Shown here piece after piece: positions 1 to 9,392 of a DNA stretch of 64,000 nucleotides (position 1 is its first letter; each line of letters starts with the position of its first letter). The notes under the pieces are model-generated. The model saw only the letters and a list, made by a program, of their open reading frames with translations, made no database searches and was not told the origin of the DNA. The translations under genes were made by a program, and so were the position numbers. The stretch lies in the NCBI GenBank assembly GCA_022447545.1, contig JAKVBI010000022.1, forward strand, positions 30,903-94,902. The letters are read 5' to 3'. The DNA comes from Myxococcota bacterium (GTDB taxonomy: Bacteria > Myxococcota_A > UBA9160 > SMWR01).

Positions 1-1
1 G

Positions 2-547
2 ATCTATGTGTTGATCGTGGAAGTCTTGATTCGCCGAGAGATTCCTCTCCGGTCGATGCCGGCTCTGATGCGGGAGTCCATGGTTCTGGTGGGCGGAATC
101 CTGCTGATCCTGGGAGTCTCTCTGGCCTCGACCAACTATCTGATCGACACGGAGGTCCCAACGCGCTTGTTCGAAGCGGTGCAGCAACATGTGTCGAGCC
201 GCACCACTTTTCTGGTGTTGTTGAACATCTTTTTGCTCGGTCTGGGCATGATTCTCGACATCTTCTCGGCACTCGTCATCATCGTGCCGATCATTCTGCC
301 CATCGCCATCGGGTATGGAATCGATCCGGTGCATCTGGGCATCGTCTTTCTCGCGAACATGCAGATCGGCTACTTCACCCCTCCGGTGGGGATGAATCTC
401 TTCATCGCGAGCTATCGCTTCGAAAAGCCGGTGATGGATCTCTACCGCGCGACGTTGCCCTTCTTCTTCCTCTTGATGTTCGTGGTGCTCGTCGTCACCT
501 ATTGGTCCGATTTGAGCCTTGCCCTCGTTCGTGACGCCACGCCCTGA
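2..547 (+). CDS. dctM: TRAP transporter large permease, C-terminal part (5' truncated by window edge)
   Basis: Hydrophobic ORF open from the window start, with DctM motifs GMILDIFSA, GIDPVHLGIV and GYFTPPVGMNLF. Confidence 0.9.
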   Translation: MYVLIVEVLIRREIPLRSMPALMRESMVLVGGILLILGVSLASTNYLIDTEVPTRLFEAVQQHVSSRTTFLVLLNIFLLGLGMILDIFSALVIIVPIILPIAIGYGIDPVHLGIVFLANMQIGYFTPPVGMNLFIASYRFEKPVMDLYRATLPFFFLLMFVVLVVTYWSDLSLALVRDATP

Positions 548-583
548 TTCGAGTTCCGAGCCTCGGGTTCGTTGTCACGCGTG

Positions 584-589
584 TATACT
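584..589 (+). promoter_or_regulatory. Putative sigma70 -10 element TATACT for the CoA-transferase
   Basis: TATACT in the gap after dctM; SD-like GAGAGG at 613-618 precedes an in-frame TTG at 626. Confidence 0.5.
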
Positions 590-625
590 CGCCGCGCTAG
601 TCGTGAACGTTTGAGAGGCGAATCG

Positions 626-1822
626 TTGGAGCGTCGGACTGGGGCAACGGGTCCCTGCGTGGGATACCGAGTCATTGATTTCACCACGATGGTGTCCGGG
701 CCTGTCTGTACTCAGTACTTGGCAGATCTGGGTGCCGATGTGGTGAAGGTGGAAGCGCCCGTGGGAGATCCCTCGCGGGTGACGGGCTCCACCCATCGAA
801 AGGGTTTGTCGGGTTTTTTCGCCCAACTGAATCGCAACAAGCGAAGCGTCGTGATCGACTTGCGGGCGGATGGGGGCCCTGATGTGGCCAGACGACTCGC
901 GGCAAAAGCGGACGTCGTGGTGGAGAACTTTCGGCCGGGAGTCGCGGATCGGCTGGGGATCGGATACGAGACTCTGCGGGCTCTCAATCCTCGACTGATC
1001 TATGCCGCGATCAGCGGCTTCGGTCCGAGTGGACCCTATTCCGCACACCCCGCTTACGACCACATCCTTCAGGGGCTTACGGGAATGATGCCCATTCAAG
1101 GGGGCGAAGAAGAACCGCGAATGTTCCAGAGTGTGGTTGTCGACAAGGCGAGCGGCTTGGCGGCCGGTTCGGCGATTCTTGCCGCTCTCCTGGGCCGCGA
1201 GCGATCCGGGGGAGAAGGCCAGCGGGTCGACGTTCCCATGCTCGACGCCTACGCCGCCTACATGCTCCCCGAGAGCCTGGGAAGTCACGCCTACCCTGAG
1301 TTGCCAGCTGGCAACTCGAATACGAGTCAGATCTTTCGAACCTGGAAAACCCGGGATGGCTTCATCGTGGGAATCGCGGTACAGGATTCGCAGTTCCAGG
1401 GGCTCTGCCGTGCCATTGAGCGAGAGGACCTGCTCGAGGACGAGCGATTCGCCCGCATGGAGGCTCGGTTCCAACATGTAGAAGAGGTCTACACGATCCT
1501 CCAAGAGGAGTTTCTGAAGTGGGACACCGCTGAGATCGTTGAACGCGCTCGGCACTTCGGGGCTCCCTTCGGGCCGGTTCATGATTTCGAGGGCTTTCTC
1601 TCGGACCCCCAAACCCGTCACAATGGCACGGTGTTCGAAGTCGCCGACGAGGCGGGCGATGTGACTCGCTACCTCACGCACGCGGCGAGATTCTCGAAAG
1701 AGGCTCCTTCGTTCCATCTCGAACCGCCCAGCTTGGGGCAACACACGGATGAGGTGCTGGAGCAGGTGGGCTTTTCGGCCTCGGAGATCCAGTCGCTGCG
1801 TCAATCGCAGAGTGTTGGGTGA
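626..1822 (+). CDS. CaiB/BaiF family (class III) CoA-transferase
   Basis: RVIDFTTMVSGPVCTQYLADLGADVVKVE, NRNKRS, DVVVENFRPG and PPSLGQHTDEVL. Start moved from 572 to TTG 626 on SD evidence. Confidence 0.93.
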   Translation: MERRTGATGPCVGYRVIDFTTMVSGPVCTQYLADLGADVVKVEAPVGDPSRVTGSTHRKGLSGFFAQLNRNKRSVVIDLRADGGPDVARRLAAKADVVVENFRPGVADRLGIGYETLRALNPRLIYAAISGFGPSGPYSAHPAYDHILQGLTGMMPIQGGEEEPRMFQSVVVDKASGLAAGSAILAALLGRERSGGEGQRVDVPMLDAYAAYMLPESLGSHAYPELPAGNSNTSQIFRTWKTRDGFIVGIAVQDSQFQGLCRAIEREDLLEDERFARMEARFQHVEEVYTILQEEFLKWDTAEIVERARHFGAPFGPVHDFEGFLSDPQTRHNGTVFEVADEAGDVTRYLTHAARFSKEAPSFHLEPPSLGQHTDEVLEQVGFSASEIQSLRQSQSVG

Positions 1823-1837
1823 GCGCGGTCTCAGTTT

Positions 1838-2824
1838 TTAACGCGCATCGGTGGTGCGGATCCCAGCATTGAGACCGGGGCGTGTATCCGAGGCGGAAGC
1901 TTCGATCGCATGGGCAAGGGTCGGTACCACGATGCGTGCCGCTTGGGGGCGGATGCGGACTTCGAGCCTTTGAACATCCCCGCGAAAGTCTCCGTCAATC
2001 TGGTAGGGGAAGGGTCGGTCGGATTCGAGAAGGACCTCGCTGCAGGTTCCGTATTCGGCGATGAAACGAGGCGATCGTGTGCGGAGCATTGCGGCGAAAG
2101 TCTGCCAGCCAACGGCGATGATGCCTGGGCGGGTTCGGGCCTGGAAGTGGAGTTGCCCGCTTTGAAAATGTGCTTCCGGCGCCATGCTCCAGCCCTTGGC
2201 GTAGGTTCGGAAGTTGCACAGAACCGTGGATGCATACCTCGGTTGTGAGGTCGTGCCATCGAGGGTCAGTCGCAGTCGCAGGTGACGGGATTGAAGCGCG
2301 GAGGCAACGCCGGCAGCGAGGTAAAGGCTGTCCCCCCATTGTCGGTACCAGTGAGTGCCCACTGCGCTCGTGCGCAGTCTCGTTACGTAATCGACGGCGC
2401 GGGCGTCGAATCCGACACCCACCATGGCGACACAGGTTTCCCCATTGGCTTCGGCGAGGTCGACGGGTACCGGCGTTCCTCGGAGCAGCGATTCGATCGC
2501 TCGGGCGGGCTGGCGGGGAATTCCGAGCTCTCGTGCCACGACATTGGCATGGCCGACAGGGACGATTCCCAGCTGGAGTTGGTCACTTGCTCGTCCGAAC
2601 CCCTCCAGGGTCTCGCGAATCGTTCCGTCGCCACCCACCACGATCACGTAGTCGATGCTTCCCGGCAGACCGGCCGCTAGCCGTCTGGCTCCATTGGGCT
2701 CGCGGGTGGCACACCGCTCGGTCGTCCAACCGGAGCGCGTCAGTTGGTGCTCTGCGATCGCGGAGATCTCTTCGGCTTCGCCCGAGCCAGAGACGGGGTT
2801 GTAGATGACCAACGCTCGTCTCAC
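1838..2824 (-). CDS. Diacylglycerol kinase / YegS-like lipid kinase
   Basis: IYNPVSG, GGDGT, PVGHANVVARELG and YQIDGD motifs. Confidence 0.88.
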   Translation of the reverse strand: MRRALVIYNPVSGSGEAEEISAIAEHQLTRSGWTTERCATREPNGARRLAAGLPGSIDYVIVVGGDGTIRETLEGFGRASDQLQLGIVPVGHANVVARELGIPRQPARAIESLLRGTPVPVDLAEANGETCVAMVGVGFDARAVDYVTRLRTSAVGTHWYRQWGDSLYLAAGVASALQSRHLRLRLTLDGTTSQPRYASTVLCNFRTYAKGWSMAPEAHFQSGQLHFQARTRPGIIAVGWQTFAAMLRTRSPRFIAEYGTCSEVLLESDRPFPYQIDGDFRGDVQRLEVRIRPQAARIVVPTLAHAIEASASDTRPGLNAGIRTTDAR

Positions 2825-2831
2825 ACGGGGC

Positions 2832-2837
2832 AGGATA
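2832..2837 (-). promoter_or_regulatory. -10 element TATCCT, 7 nt before GTG 2824 (leaderless-type)
   Basis: Minus strand reads TATCCT-gccccgt-GTG; no SD. Confidence 0.5.
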
Positions 2838-2873
2838 GCTCACCGTCAGGATCCCCCCCCGGTGAAACGTGGC

Positions 2874-4781
2874 TCAGGTTCGCGGTCGACGATTCTCCGC
2901 CAAGGTTCCTGGTGAATCGATGATCCATGCCGAATCAGGCTTGAGGGCCACACTGTCTCCGAGGTACACGAGAAAGAAGTTGCGCTTGGAGTCTCCTGGG
3001 TTGCGTGGAATTTCCACCACCATTCCCTGTCGGCTCCCCTTTTGCCAGAACTCGGCGTCCCTGCCGGGTCCCTGCTTTCGATAGGTCTGGTTCCACGGGG
3101 ATGGGGTGGGGTAGGCCCGTCGATCGACATCGATCGTGAGCCGGGCGTCGTCGGGGTCGAAGCGGACCCGTGAGGCCAGGACCGCCGGGTCGCGAACGCT
3201 TCCCACCAGATACGTCAGGCCCACGACCTCCAGATCGAGTTCGGGTAGGGCAAGATCGACCCAGCCCTGAATTGAATGTTCGAGAAAGATCGGTCGCTCT
3301 CGCAGGTGTTGGCGGCGCTCGGCAACCCAGAAGGGGAAGTTGACGAGATAGACCCGGCTCCCTTCAGGCAGTTCCCGAGCGCTCTCCCGCGTTTGTTCAA
3401 GGGTGCGGCGTGCCACTTCTCCGGCGTGGCGCCATTCGGCCAGGGAGCGGCCGCTCCAGGCGCCCTCGATGATCGACACGGAGACCCCGATGGAGATCAC
3501 TCCCGCTACGGCAGCCGATAGCCAGTCGAGTCCATGCTCTGCAGGGCGCGGAGGCCCTGTACGTTGAGGTGAACGCCATCGGAGGAAAAGGGTCGAGCCG
3601 GCCGAGAGGATCGACCACGCCACGATTTGGCTGAGAAAGATCGATGCGGTGTAGAGGGTTCGGGGAAGTGCGACGGTACGCGTGGCGACGTAGACGAACC
3701 CCAGGGCTCCGAGAGCCAGGCCAGAAAAGTACAGCCTCGCCCGAGCGCCATCCCGGTCCGAGCGGATTCGGTGTGCGAGCCAGGCACAGGACAGAAGCCA
3801 CGCGACGGCCACGGTAAATATGACAGCCTGCGATGTGGTGGCGCAGCGATCGAACCGGCCTGGCCACAACGCGGTGCAGATCGAGACATCCAGGCTGAGA
3901 GCAGCAGTCTCCAAGAAGCCCGCGTGTGAGGCATGTACATAGCCACCCATGCCTCCCAGGATGTTGCTCCTCCAGGCGAGAACCACGGCGATGGCGAGTG
4001 CGGGTGGCCAGGTCCACCGGGCACAGCGTACCAGTCGTGTCCGGACGGGAGCGGGGGACGAAAAGCACCAGACCATACTCGTGGCCATGGCCGGGATCAC
4101 CACTGCCGAGTCCTTGGAGGCGAAGCCCAGGGCTGCGGTGAGTCCACCTGCCAACAGGGCGATCTTGGAGTTGTGGGTGACTGCTCGGTGCGTGGCATGG
4201 AGGGTCAAGAGGGCAAACAGCGCGAACAAGAGGTCGGGGCGCCTGGCCAGAGCTGGGACGGTCTCCATGGTGAGGGGGTGAATGGCAAAGAAGAAGCCAG
4301 CCAGGGTGGCTTCCCAGTCCCCACGACGGATTGGAGGAGAGTTTGGGGACGCTGGGGGAAGAGCCAGGAACAACCGATAGACGAGAAGGGAATTGACCAG
4401 ATGGAGTAGGAGATTGGTGAGGTGAAAGCCAAAGGGTTCCAGTCCCCAGAGGTACCAGTCGAGTCCCCAACTCAAACTCGAGAGCGGGCGGAAGAACAGC
4501 GCATTGGGCATGAGACCCTGCATGAGGGGCGACGACAGTACATTGACGAGTTCAGCGCTGTCTGACACCCGTCCAGTGGAGATGAGGGGGAAGGTGTCGA
4601 CGTCGGTGAAGTAGAAGCCGAGTTGCTCGGAGTAGATCCACGCGCCCGCCAGGGTGATGGCCAGGGTGCCAGCGATGCGGAATCGGGTGCGACTCAACGT
4701 GTCCCCTCGAGTGCCCAGGACTTCTCGGGAGCAGGTTCTGTGGTGAACGTGAGGAGAATCGGGAGTTGGCGGGGATCCCAC
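2874..4781 (-). CDS. Polytopic membrane protein, TMTC/PMT-like GT-C glycosyltransferase without TPRs
   Basis: FFRPLSSLSW, FHLTNLLLHLVNSLLV, HPLTMETV..RPDLL and SKD motifs shared with the TMTC-like genes; C-terminal soluble domain. Start uncertain. Confidence 0.7.
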   Translation of the reverse strand: MGSPPTPDSPHVHHRTCSREVLGTRGDTLSRTRFRIAGTLAITLAGAWIYSEQLGFYFTDVDTFPLISTGRVSDSAELVNVLSSPLMQGLMPNALFFRPLSSLSWGLDWYLWGLEPFGFHLTNLLLHLVNSLLVYRLFLALPPASPNSPPIRRGDWEATLAGFFFAIHPLTMETVPALARRPDLLFALFALLTLHATHRAVTHNSKIALLAGGLTAALGFASKDSAVVIPAMATSMVWCFSSPAPVRTRLVRCARWTWPPALAIAVVLAWRSNILGGMGGYVHASHAGFLETAALSLDVSICTALWPGRFDRCATTSQAVIFTVAVAWLLSCAWLAHRIRSDRDGARARLYFSGLALGALGFVYVATRTVALPRTLYTASIFLSQIVAWSILSAGSTLFLRWRSPQRTGPPRPAEHGLDWLSAAVAGVISIGVSVSIIEGAWSGRSLAEWRHAGEVARRTLEQTRESARELPEGSRVYLVNFPFWVAERRQHLRERPIFLEHSIQGWVDLALPELDLEVVGLTYLVGSVRDPAVLASRVRFDPDDARLTIDVDRRAYPTPSPWNQTYRKQGPGRDAEFWQKGSRQGMVVEIPRNPGDSKRNFFLVYLGDSVALKPDSAWIIDSPGTLAENRRPRT

Positions 4782-4836
4782 CAGCGAACGTATCCGATCG
4801 CCAATCTCCGCAACAGCACGAAGGCAGGGCAGAAGG

Positions 4837-5832
4837 TCATGGGCGAATCAGGAGTTCGAGGATCGTGCCAAGGCGCCGGCTGTTCCGGGCGAACCCGGGA
4901 TCATCGGAGCGCCCGCTTACGACGAACGATAGGACGTCGACCTGGTCGAGCAGCGAAGTGACGACAGTCAGGTCCTGGGAGGTCTGACAGGAGAAGAAAT
5001 TCTGAACGAGCGTATATCCGGGCTCAGTCGCCACGGGGGGCGTGGTGGTCTTCACCTCGCCGGCACAGTCGGACATGAAGAGTTCCCGTTGGTCCCGGCT
5101 CAGTTCGTCCAGGGAGCGAAGGGCGCGAAGTTCGACGATGGATGCTCCGTGGCTGGTATCGGTTTCCCAGGCGATGGACGAAGCGGGGAGGCCCATCCGG
5201 CCCGGGGGAATGAGGTCGACCTCGCCGAAGCCCGACAGGCGGAGAAGGGTGTAAACCTGCCGCCGGCGAGGCGTCCCTGGTTTGTCGGCCGGGTGCAGTC
5301 GTCGTAGACCCGGAGGGCGTCTCGCGTCGAAGGACGCCGCCAACTCCGCGCAATCGATCAGTTTCTCGACCGAGTTCGCGGTGCCCGGGTTCAAGCGTGC
5401 AGAGACGGCCCGTTGCTCCCCGTTCAGGGAGATCTCTCGAGCGTCACGCAGTGCCATCAGGGCCTCGGTGCTTTCGTCGACGCGGACTCCCCAACTCGAC
5501 AACTGGCTTTCGGACACGGGGTGTTGGCCCATGGGTTCGCCGTCCACGGACAGCTTCAACGCTGCTGAGGTGGGCGGTGGCAGAGTCGAGTTGATGCTGA
5601 GCCCGAGGGCCAGAGGCTTGCGGATCTCGAGTCGCAACGAAGGACCGCGTTCCTGGGTCAGTTGTTCTGCGACACAGCTCGTGGGGCCCATTTCATCCGT
5701 TTCGCCAACGAATCTCAGATTCCATCCGTTGGACCGGTCGTCGTAGAGCGCCGTCGGCTCGGCAACGGCCAACCCGCATAGGCCGGTGGCGGTCATCGCG
5801 GTTGCGTACAGGAGGAGTCGTTTACTCCGCAA
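4837..5832 (-). CDS. Hypothetical secreted protein
   Basis: Signal-peptide-like N-terminus ending AVA-E; start overlaps the cytochrome stop codon region; several Cys. Confidence 0.65.
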   Translation of the reverse strand: MRSKRLLLYATAMTATGLCGLAVAEPTALYDDRSNGWNLRFVGETDEMGPTSCVAEQLTQERGPSLRLEIRKPLALGLSINSTLPPPTSAALKLSVDGEPMGQHPVSESQLSSWGVRVDESTEALMALRDAREISLNGEQRAVSARLNPGTANSVEKLIDCAELAASFDARRPPGLRRLHPADKPGTPRRRQVYTLLRLSGFGEVDLIPPGRMGLPASSIAWETDTSHGASIVELRALRSLDELSRDQRELFMSDCAGEVKTTTPPVATEPGYTLVQNFFSCQTSQDLTVVTSLLDQVDVLSFVVSGRSDDPGFARNSRRLGTILELLIRP

Positions 5833-7822
5833 TTCGGATCTGCCGATCGTCGCGACGTTGGATCACCTCATCGACGGCTTCCCGATCGAGTCCACCATCG
5901 GCTGAGACGAAGAGCGCGGATGAGGCGGGGAGCGGATCGAGGGAGCGGCGTTCGCTCCAGGTGCGGTGAGTCCACTCCCGGGCTTCATTTCGCTTTTCTG
6001 GAGTGTCGACGTAGTCGTAGGAGAGCTCCTCGAAGCCGTCGAGCTTGCCCAATGAGCGGGCAGCGATGTAACGAACTGCGGCGTAGGGATCAACCAGGGC
6101 CTCGGCGAGGAATGGGGCCATCCATTGCTTTCCCGAAGCATCGAGGGCCGGCCCCCAACCCATGTGCCAGGCCACGAGGGCTCGTTGTACTGCGTTTCCG
6201 CGAAGCAACCAGAGAGCGGCCGCAGACCGGGTGGCTTCTTCCTCGCTGGGGAGGGCGGCGACTGGGCGCCCCGTCCACGCTTCCAGGTGTTGCGCGGTCC
6301 AGCCGAGACTGCGGTCGAGGTGGCACAGGTTGCAGGCGTTTGGACGATTCGATTCCAGACTCTCCTCCACCGACGGACTGGCCCCCAGGGTGTGGCTGCG
6401 GATCGCCTTGAAAAGCCCGTAGGTGGTGTGTGGCATGTGACAGTTGGCACATCGGCTGCCGCTGGATTCGGGGTCGTGGCGGGTATGGGCTCGGAGGTCT
6501 TCGCGGTAGGTCTCATGGCACTGGAGGCAGGCTTCGTCGCCCTCGAAGCCACGCGCAAGTTGATCCTCGGGTTCGCTGTCGTGCATGGAATGGCAGGACA
6601 GGCACGTGAGCTGTCCGCCCCGAGCGCATTCCGATTTCAAGATCCCGTTGTAGTCGCGGCCTGACGTGCGGACTTGGCCATCCGACCAGGTGTGGCTTTC
6701 GAAGTAGGACCAACCACTGCTGTAGTCAAATGGGGACATCCAATCGCGCACACTGCGTCCGTGTGGTCGCTCCAGGACGCGGCGGGTCGCCTTCAGGTCG
6801 TCGCCTGGGCGGTATGTGAAGCCACTCTGCCACCACTCTTGGGCTCTTTTCTGGCTCGAAAAGCTGGTGACGCTGTGGCACTGGCCACAGACATCATTGC
6901 TTCGGTCCGTGGACAGTTTCTCGGGGTGCACGATCGTGTCGTCGCCTCGGCCAGTCAGGTGTAGCGCGTAGCGCCGGAGCCCTCCCAGGATTCCTTGATT
7001 CGCCGCAACGTGATCCTGGCCCGGGCCGTGACAGGCCTCGCAGCTGATTCCGAGTTCGCCGACGTGGGTGTCGGTGTGGCCGGTGGTCAGGTCCACCCGG
7101 GGACGCCCCGCCGTGGTATGGCATTTGATGCATTGCTCGTTCCAGATCACCGAGTATTCGTCTTCGGCATCTGGACCCAGGAAGCTGTGTTCGTAGGGGA
7201 TCCAGCGCTCGTCTTCCACCATCCAGGTGAAGGGCAGCAGGTGGAGCCTTCGGTCTTCCCCCGCAGCGATCCAGTAGACCTGCTGGTGGTGGGAGCCGGT
7301 GGCCATGAGAACCCTGACCTCCACCCGTTGGGTTTCGTTGTCACCTCGGAGGACTCGAAAGGGGGTGCGCTCGTTGCTGCCGTACTGGGGGTCGAGCATG
7401 TCGACGTAGAACTGGTCCCCCCTGCGGATCAGGTGGTAGTCGCGATTCCGAATGGTCACGGTTCCGCTCCAATCGGGGATCATGGTTTCGGGACTCACGA
7501 CCTGGGTCATGGTTCGGTGGTGGGTCTCGTACCAACTCTCGTATTCCCGCGGGTGGCAGGAGCGGCAGGCACGCGATGACACGTAGCCCCCCTCGGAATC
7601 CACTCTGGGGCGCTGTGCATTCGCGGGATCATCGGGGCCGCCCGCTCGCTGGGCGCGCGGGTACCAACTCGTGGCGGACGCGGCCAGCAGTAGGCCGGCG
7701 AGCAGGCCGAGACCCACCGCTTGCCAAGATGAGTGATGCCCTCGGCTTTCCCGCTTCACGCGATGGCTCCGAGTCCGCGAAACGTTCTCCGGAGAGTCAT
7801 GGCGATGGGGATGGCTCGGCAT
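5822..7822 (-). CDS. Multiheme (8 CxxCH) c-type cytochrome, N-terminally membrane-anchored
   Basis: CRSCH, CIKCH, CEACH, CGQCH, CLSCH, CLQCH, CANCH, CNLCH; N-terminal hydrophobic helix; C-terminal HEAT-like segment (DPYAAVRYIAARSL). Confidence 0.9.
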   Translation of the reverse strand: MPSHPHRHDSPENVSRTRSHRVKRESRGHHSSWQAVGLGLLAGLLLAASATSWYPRAQRAGGPDDPANAQRPRVDSEGGYVSSRACRSCHPREYESWYETHHRTMTQVVSPETMIPDWSGTVTIRNRDYHLIRRGDQFYVDMLDPQYGSNERTPFRVLRGDNETQRVEVRVLMATGSHHQQVYWIAAGEDRRLHLLPFTWMVEDERWIPYEHSFLGPDAEDEYSVIWNEQCIKCHTTAGRPRVDLTTGHTDTHVGELGISCEACHGPGQDHVAANQGILGGLRRYALHLTGRGDDTIVHPEKLSTDRSNDVCGQCHSVTSFSSQKRAQEWWQSGFTYRPGDDLKATRRVLERPHGRSVRDWMSPFDYSSGWSYFESHTWSDGQVRTSGRDYNGILKSECARGGQLTCLSCHSMHDSEPEDQLARGFEGDEACLQCHETYREDLRAHTRHDPESSGSRCANCHMPHTTYGLFKAIRSHTLGASPSVEESLESNRPNACNLCHLDRSLGWTAQHLEAWTGRPVAALPSEEEATRSAAALWLLRGNAVQRALVAWHMGWGPALDASGKQWMAPFLAEALVDPYAAVRYIAARSLGKLDGFEELSYDYVDTPEKRNEAREWTHRTWSERRSLDPLPASSALFVSADGGLDREAVDEVIQRRDDRQIRIAE

Positions 7823-7970
7823 ATCACGGTCAATTCTTCGTCAGGACCTCGAGCAAGGGGTTCCCTCATTCTATCTCCGTTGGCTCGAGAAGGCCGGATC
7901 CGGGTCGATCGACCTGTGAACGTGGGCGCAACACCGGCGTTAGGCGCACATTCCCGCTAACAATTCGAGA

Positions 7971-9350
7971 ATGATGGGGAGACGAACGGCCAGACAGTGG
8001 CACCCGGTGTCGCGAGGGATTGGCATTGCCACCGTGGTGTGGATCGGGTCGTTCTGGGCCCAGGTGTCGCTGGCAGCCCCTGGCACTGCGAAACCCCACG
8101 ATTCCTCTTTGGGTATCGATCCCGATGGCCGCATCCCTTATGTCGAGCGGCCGGCGGACCTTCCCAATCCCGCACGGTGGCGGTACATCCCACCGGGCCG
8201 CATTCGGGAAGGCAACGTGCTCGACCGATTGTTCGTCACGAGCTTCGTGGCCCCCTACGTGTTTCGTTTCACGGACGCGGGCTGGGGAGGTGGCTTCGGT
8301 CTCGGGGATATCGATTTTCGCAACCAGCGTCGTCGCGAGACGGCGGTCATCTTCGGCTCCTATTCGGCCGAGCAGCAACAGAACTACGGGATGATCTGGC
8401 GGCGAATGCTCCACACCATCGACCTGCCGGGGGGAGGGGTGTTGCAGGACGAGCGCAGTTTTCTCAGCGCTCGCGCCGGTTACTCGAAGACCCGGACCCG
8501 TCGATTCTTCGGATTGGGTGCCGATTCTCAGGAGAGCAGCGAGAGTAGTTATACCGATGACCTGTGGCTGATCGACCTCGGGGTTCATCTTGCCCTGCCC
8601 GATGCGGGTTCGAACTGGGTCCTCAGTGGAGGGGCAAGGATGGAGCTGCACGAACTCTCCCAGGGGATCGTGAGTGGTATTCCGAGTACCGAACAGGCCT
8701 TTCCCGAGATCTTTCGCGCCGGTGAGCACCGCGACATGGGTTGGCTGCGGCTGGGTCTCGCGTACGACACCCGTGACAGCCAGGTGAACCCATACCGCGG
8801 CTGGTTCGTGAAGGCGGCCGTCGATTCTGCGGTGGCTCAGACGGATGGAGACGTGGGGGCGCTGTTCTCGGTGACTGGGGGACGGGTGTTTCCATTGCCC
8901 GGGCTCTTCTATCGAGAGAAGGACTTTCAGGGGGAGGAGAATCCGCCCACCGATACCCTGTCTCTTGGGCTTCGCGGTGAATTCACAGCTGGAGATCTGC
9001 CCTTCTACTCGCTTCCGTCTCTCGGGGGGCGTTTCGGAATGCGTGGTTTCGTCTTTGGTCGCTTCCGCGACCGTGCCAGTTGGTACGGCCGGGCCGAATA
9101 CCGATTCTGGGTTCTCCCAAGGGGAGTTGGCTTCTCTTCCACCGCGAGACTCGAGAGGGTGGGCTTGGCGGCGTTCTACGAGATGGGCTCGGTGGCCGCA
9201 GGTGGAGGGGATTTGTTCCACTCGAAGGTGCTGCAGAGCTATGGAGCCAGCGTCGTTTTTAGTGTCGAAAGGGCGGTTCCCTTCCGCCTGAACTTTGGTT
9301 TTTCCGAGGACGGTTTCGAATTCAGCGCAGGGGCGGGGCTGGCATTCTGA
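7971..9350 (+). CDS. Omp85/BamA-TamA-family outer membrane beta-barrel, no recognisable POTRA domains
   Basis: Signal peptide; AYDTRDS..NPYRG; loop-6 RGF motif (MRGFVFGRFRD); C-terminal GAGLAF. Confidence 0.8.
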   Translation: MMGRRTARQWHPVSRGIGIATVVWIGSFWAQVSLAAPGTAKPHDSSLGIDPDGRIPYVERPADLPNPARWRYIPPGRIREGNVLDRLFVTSFVAPYVFRFTDAGWGGGFGLGDIDFRNQRRRETAVIFGSYSAEQQQNYGMIWRRMLHTIDLPGGGVLQDERSFLSARAGYSKTRTRRFFGLGADSQESSESSYTDDLWLIDLGVHLALPDAGSNWVLSGGARMELHELSQGIVSGIPSTEQAFPEIFRAGEHRDMGWLRLGLAYDTRDSQVNPYRGWFVKAAVDSAVAQTDGDVGALFSVTGGRVFPLPGLFYREKDFQGEENPPTDTLSLGLRGEFTAGDLPFYSLPSLGGRFGMRGFVFGRFRDRASWYGRAEYRFWVLPRGVGFSSTARLERVGLAAFYEMGSVAAGGGDLFHSKVLQSYGASVVFSVERAVPFRLNFGFSEDGFEFSAGAGLAF

Positions 9351-9392
9351 GCCAATCGGTGCGGACTGCGAAATACGGATCGGAGAACGGGA

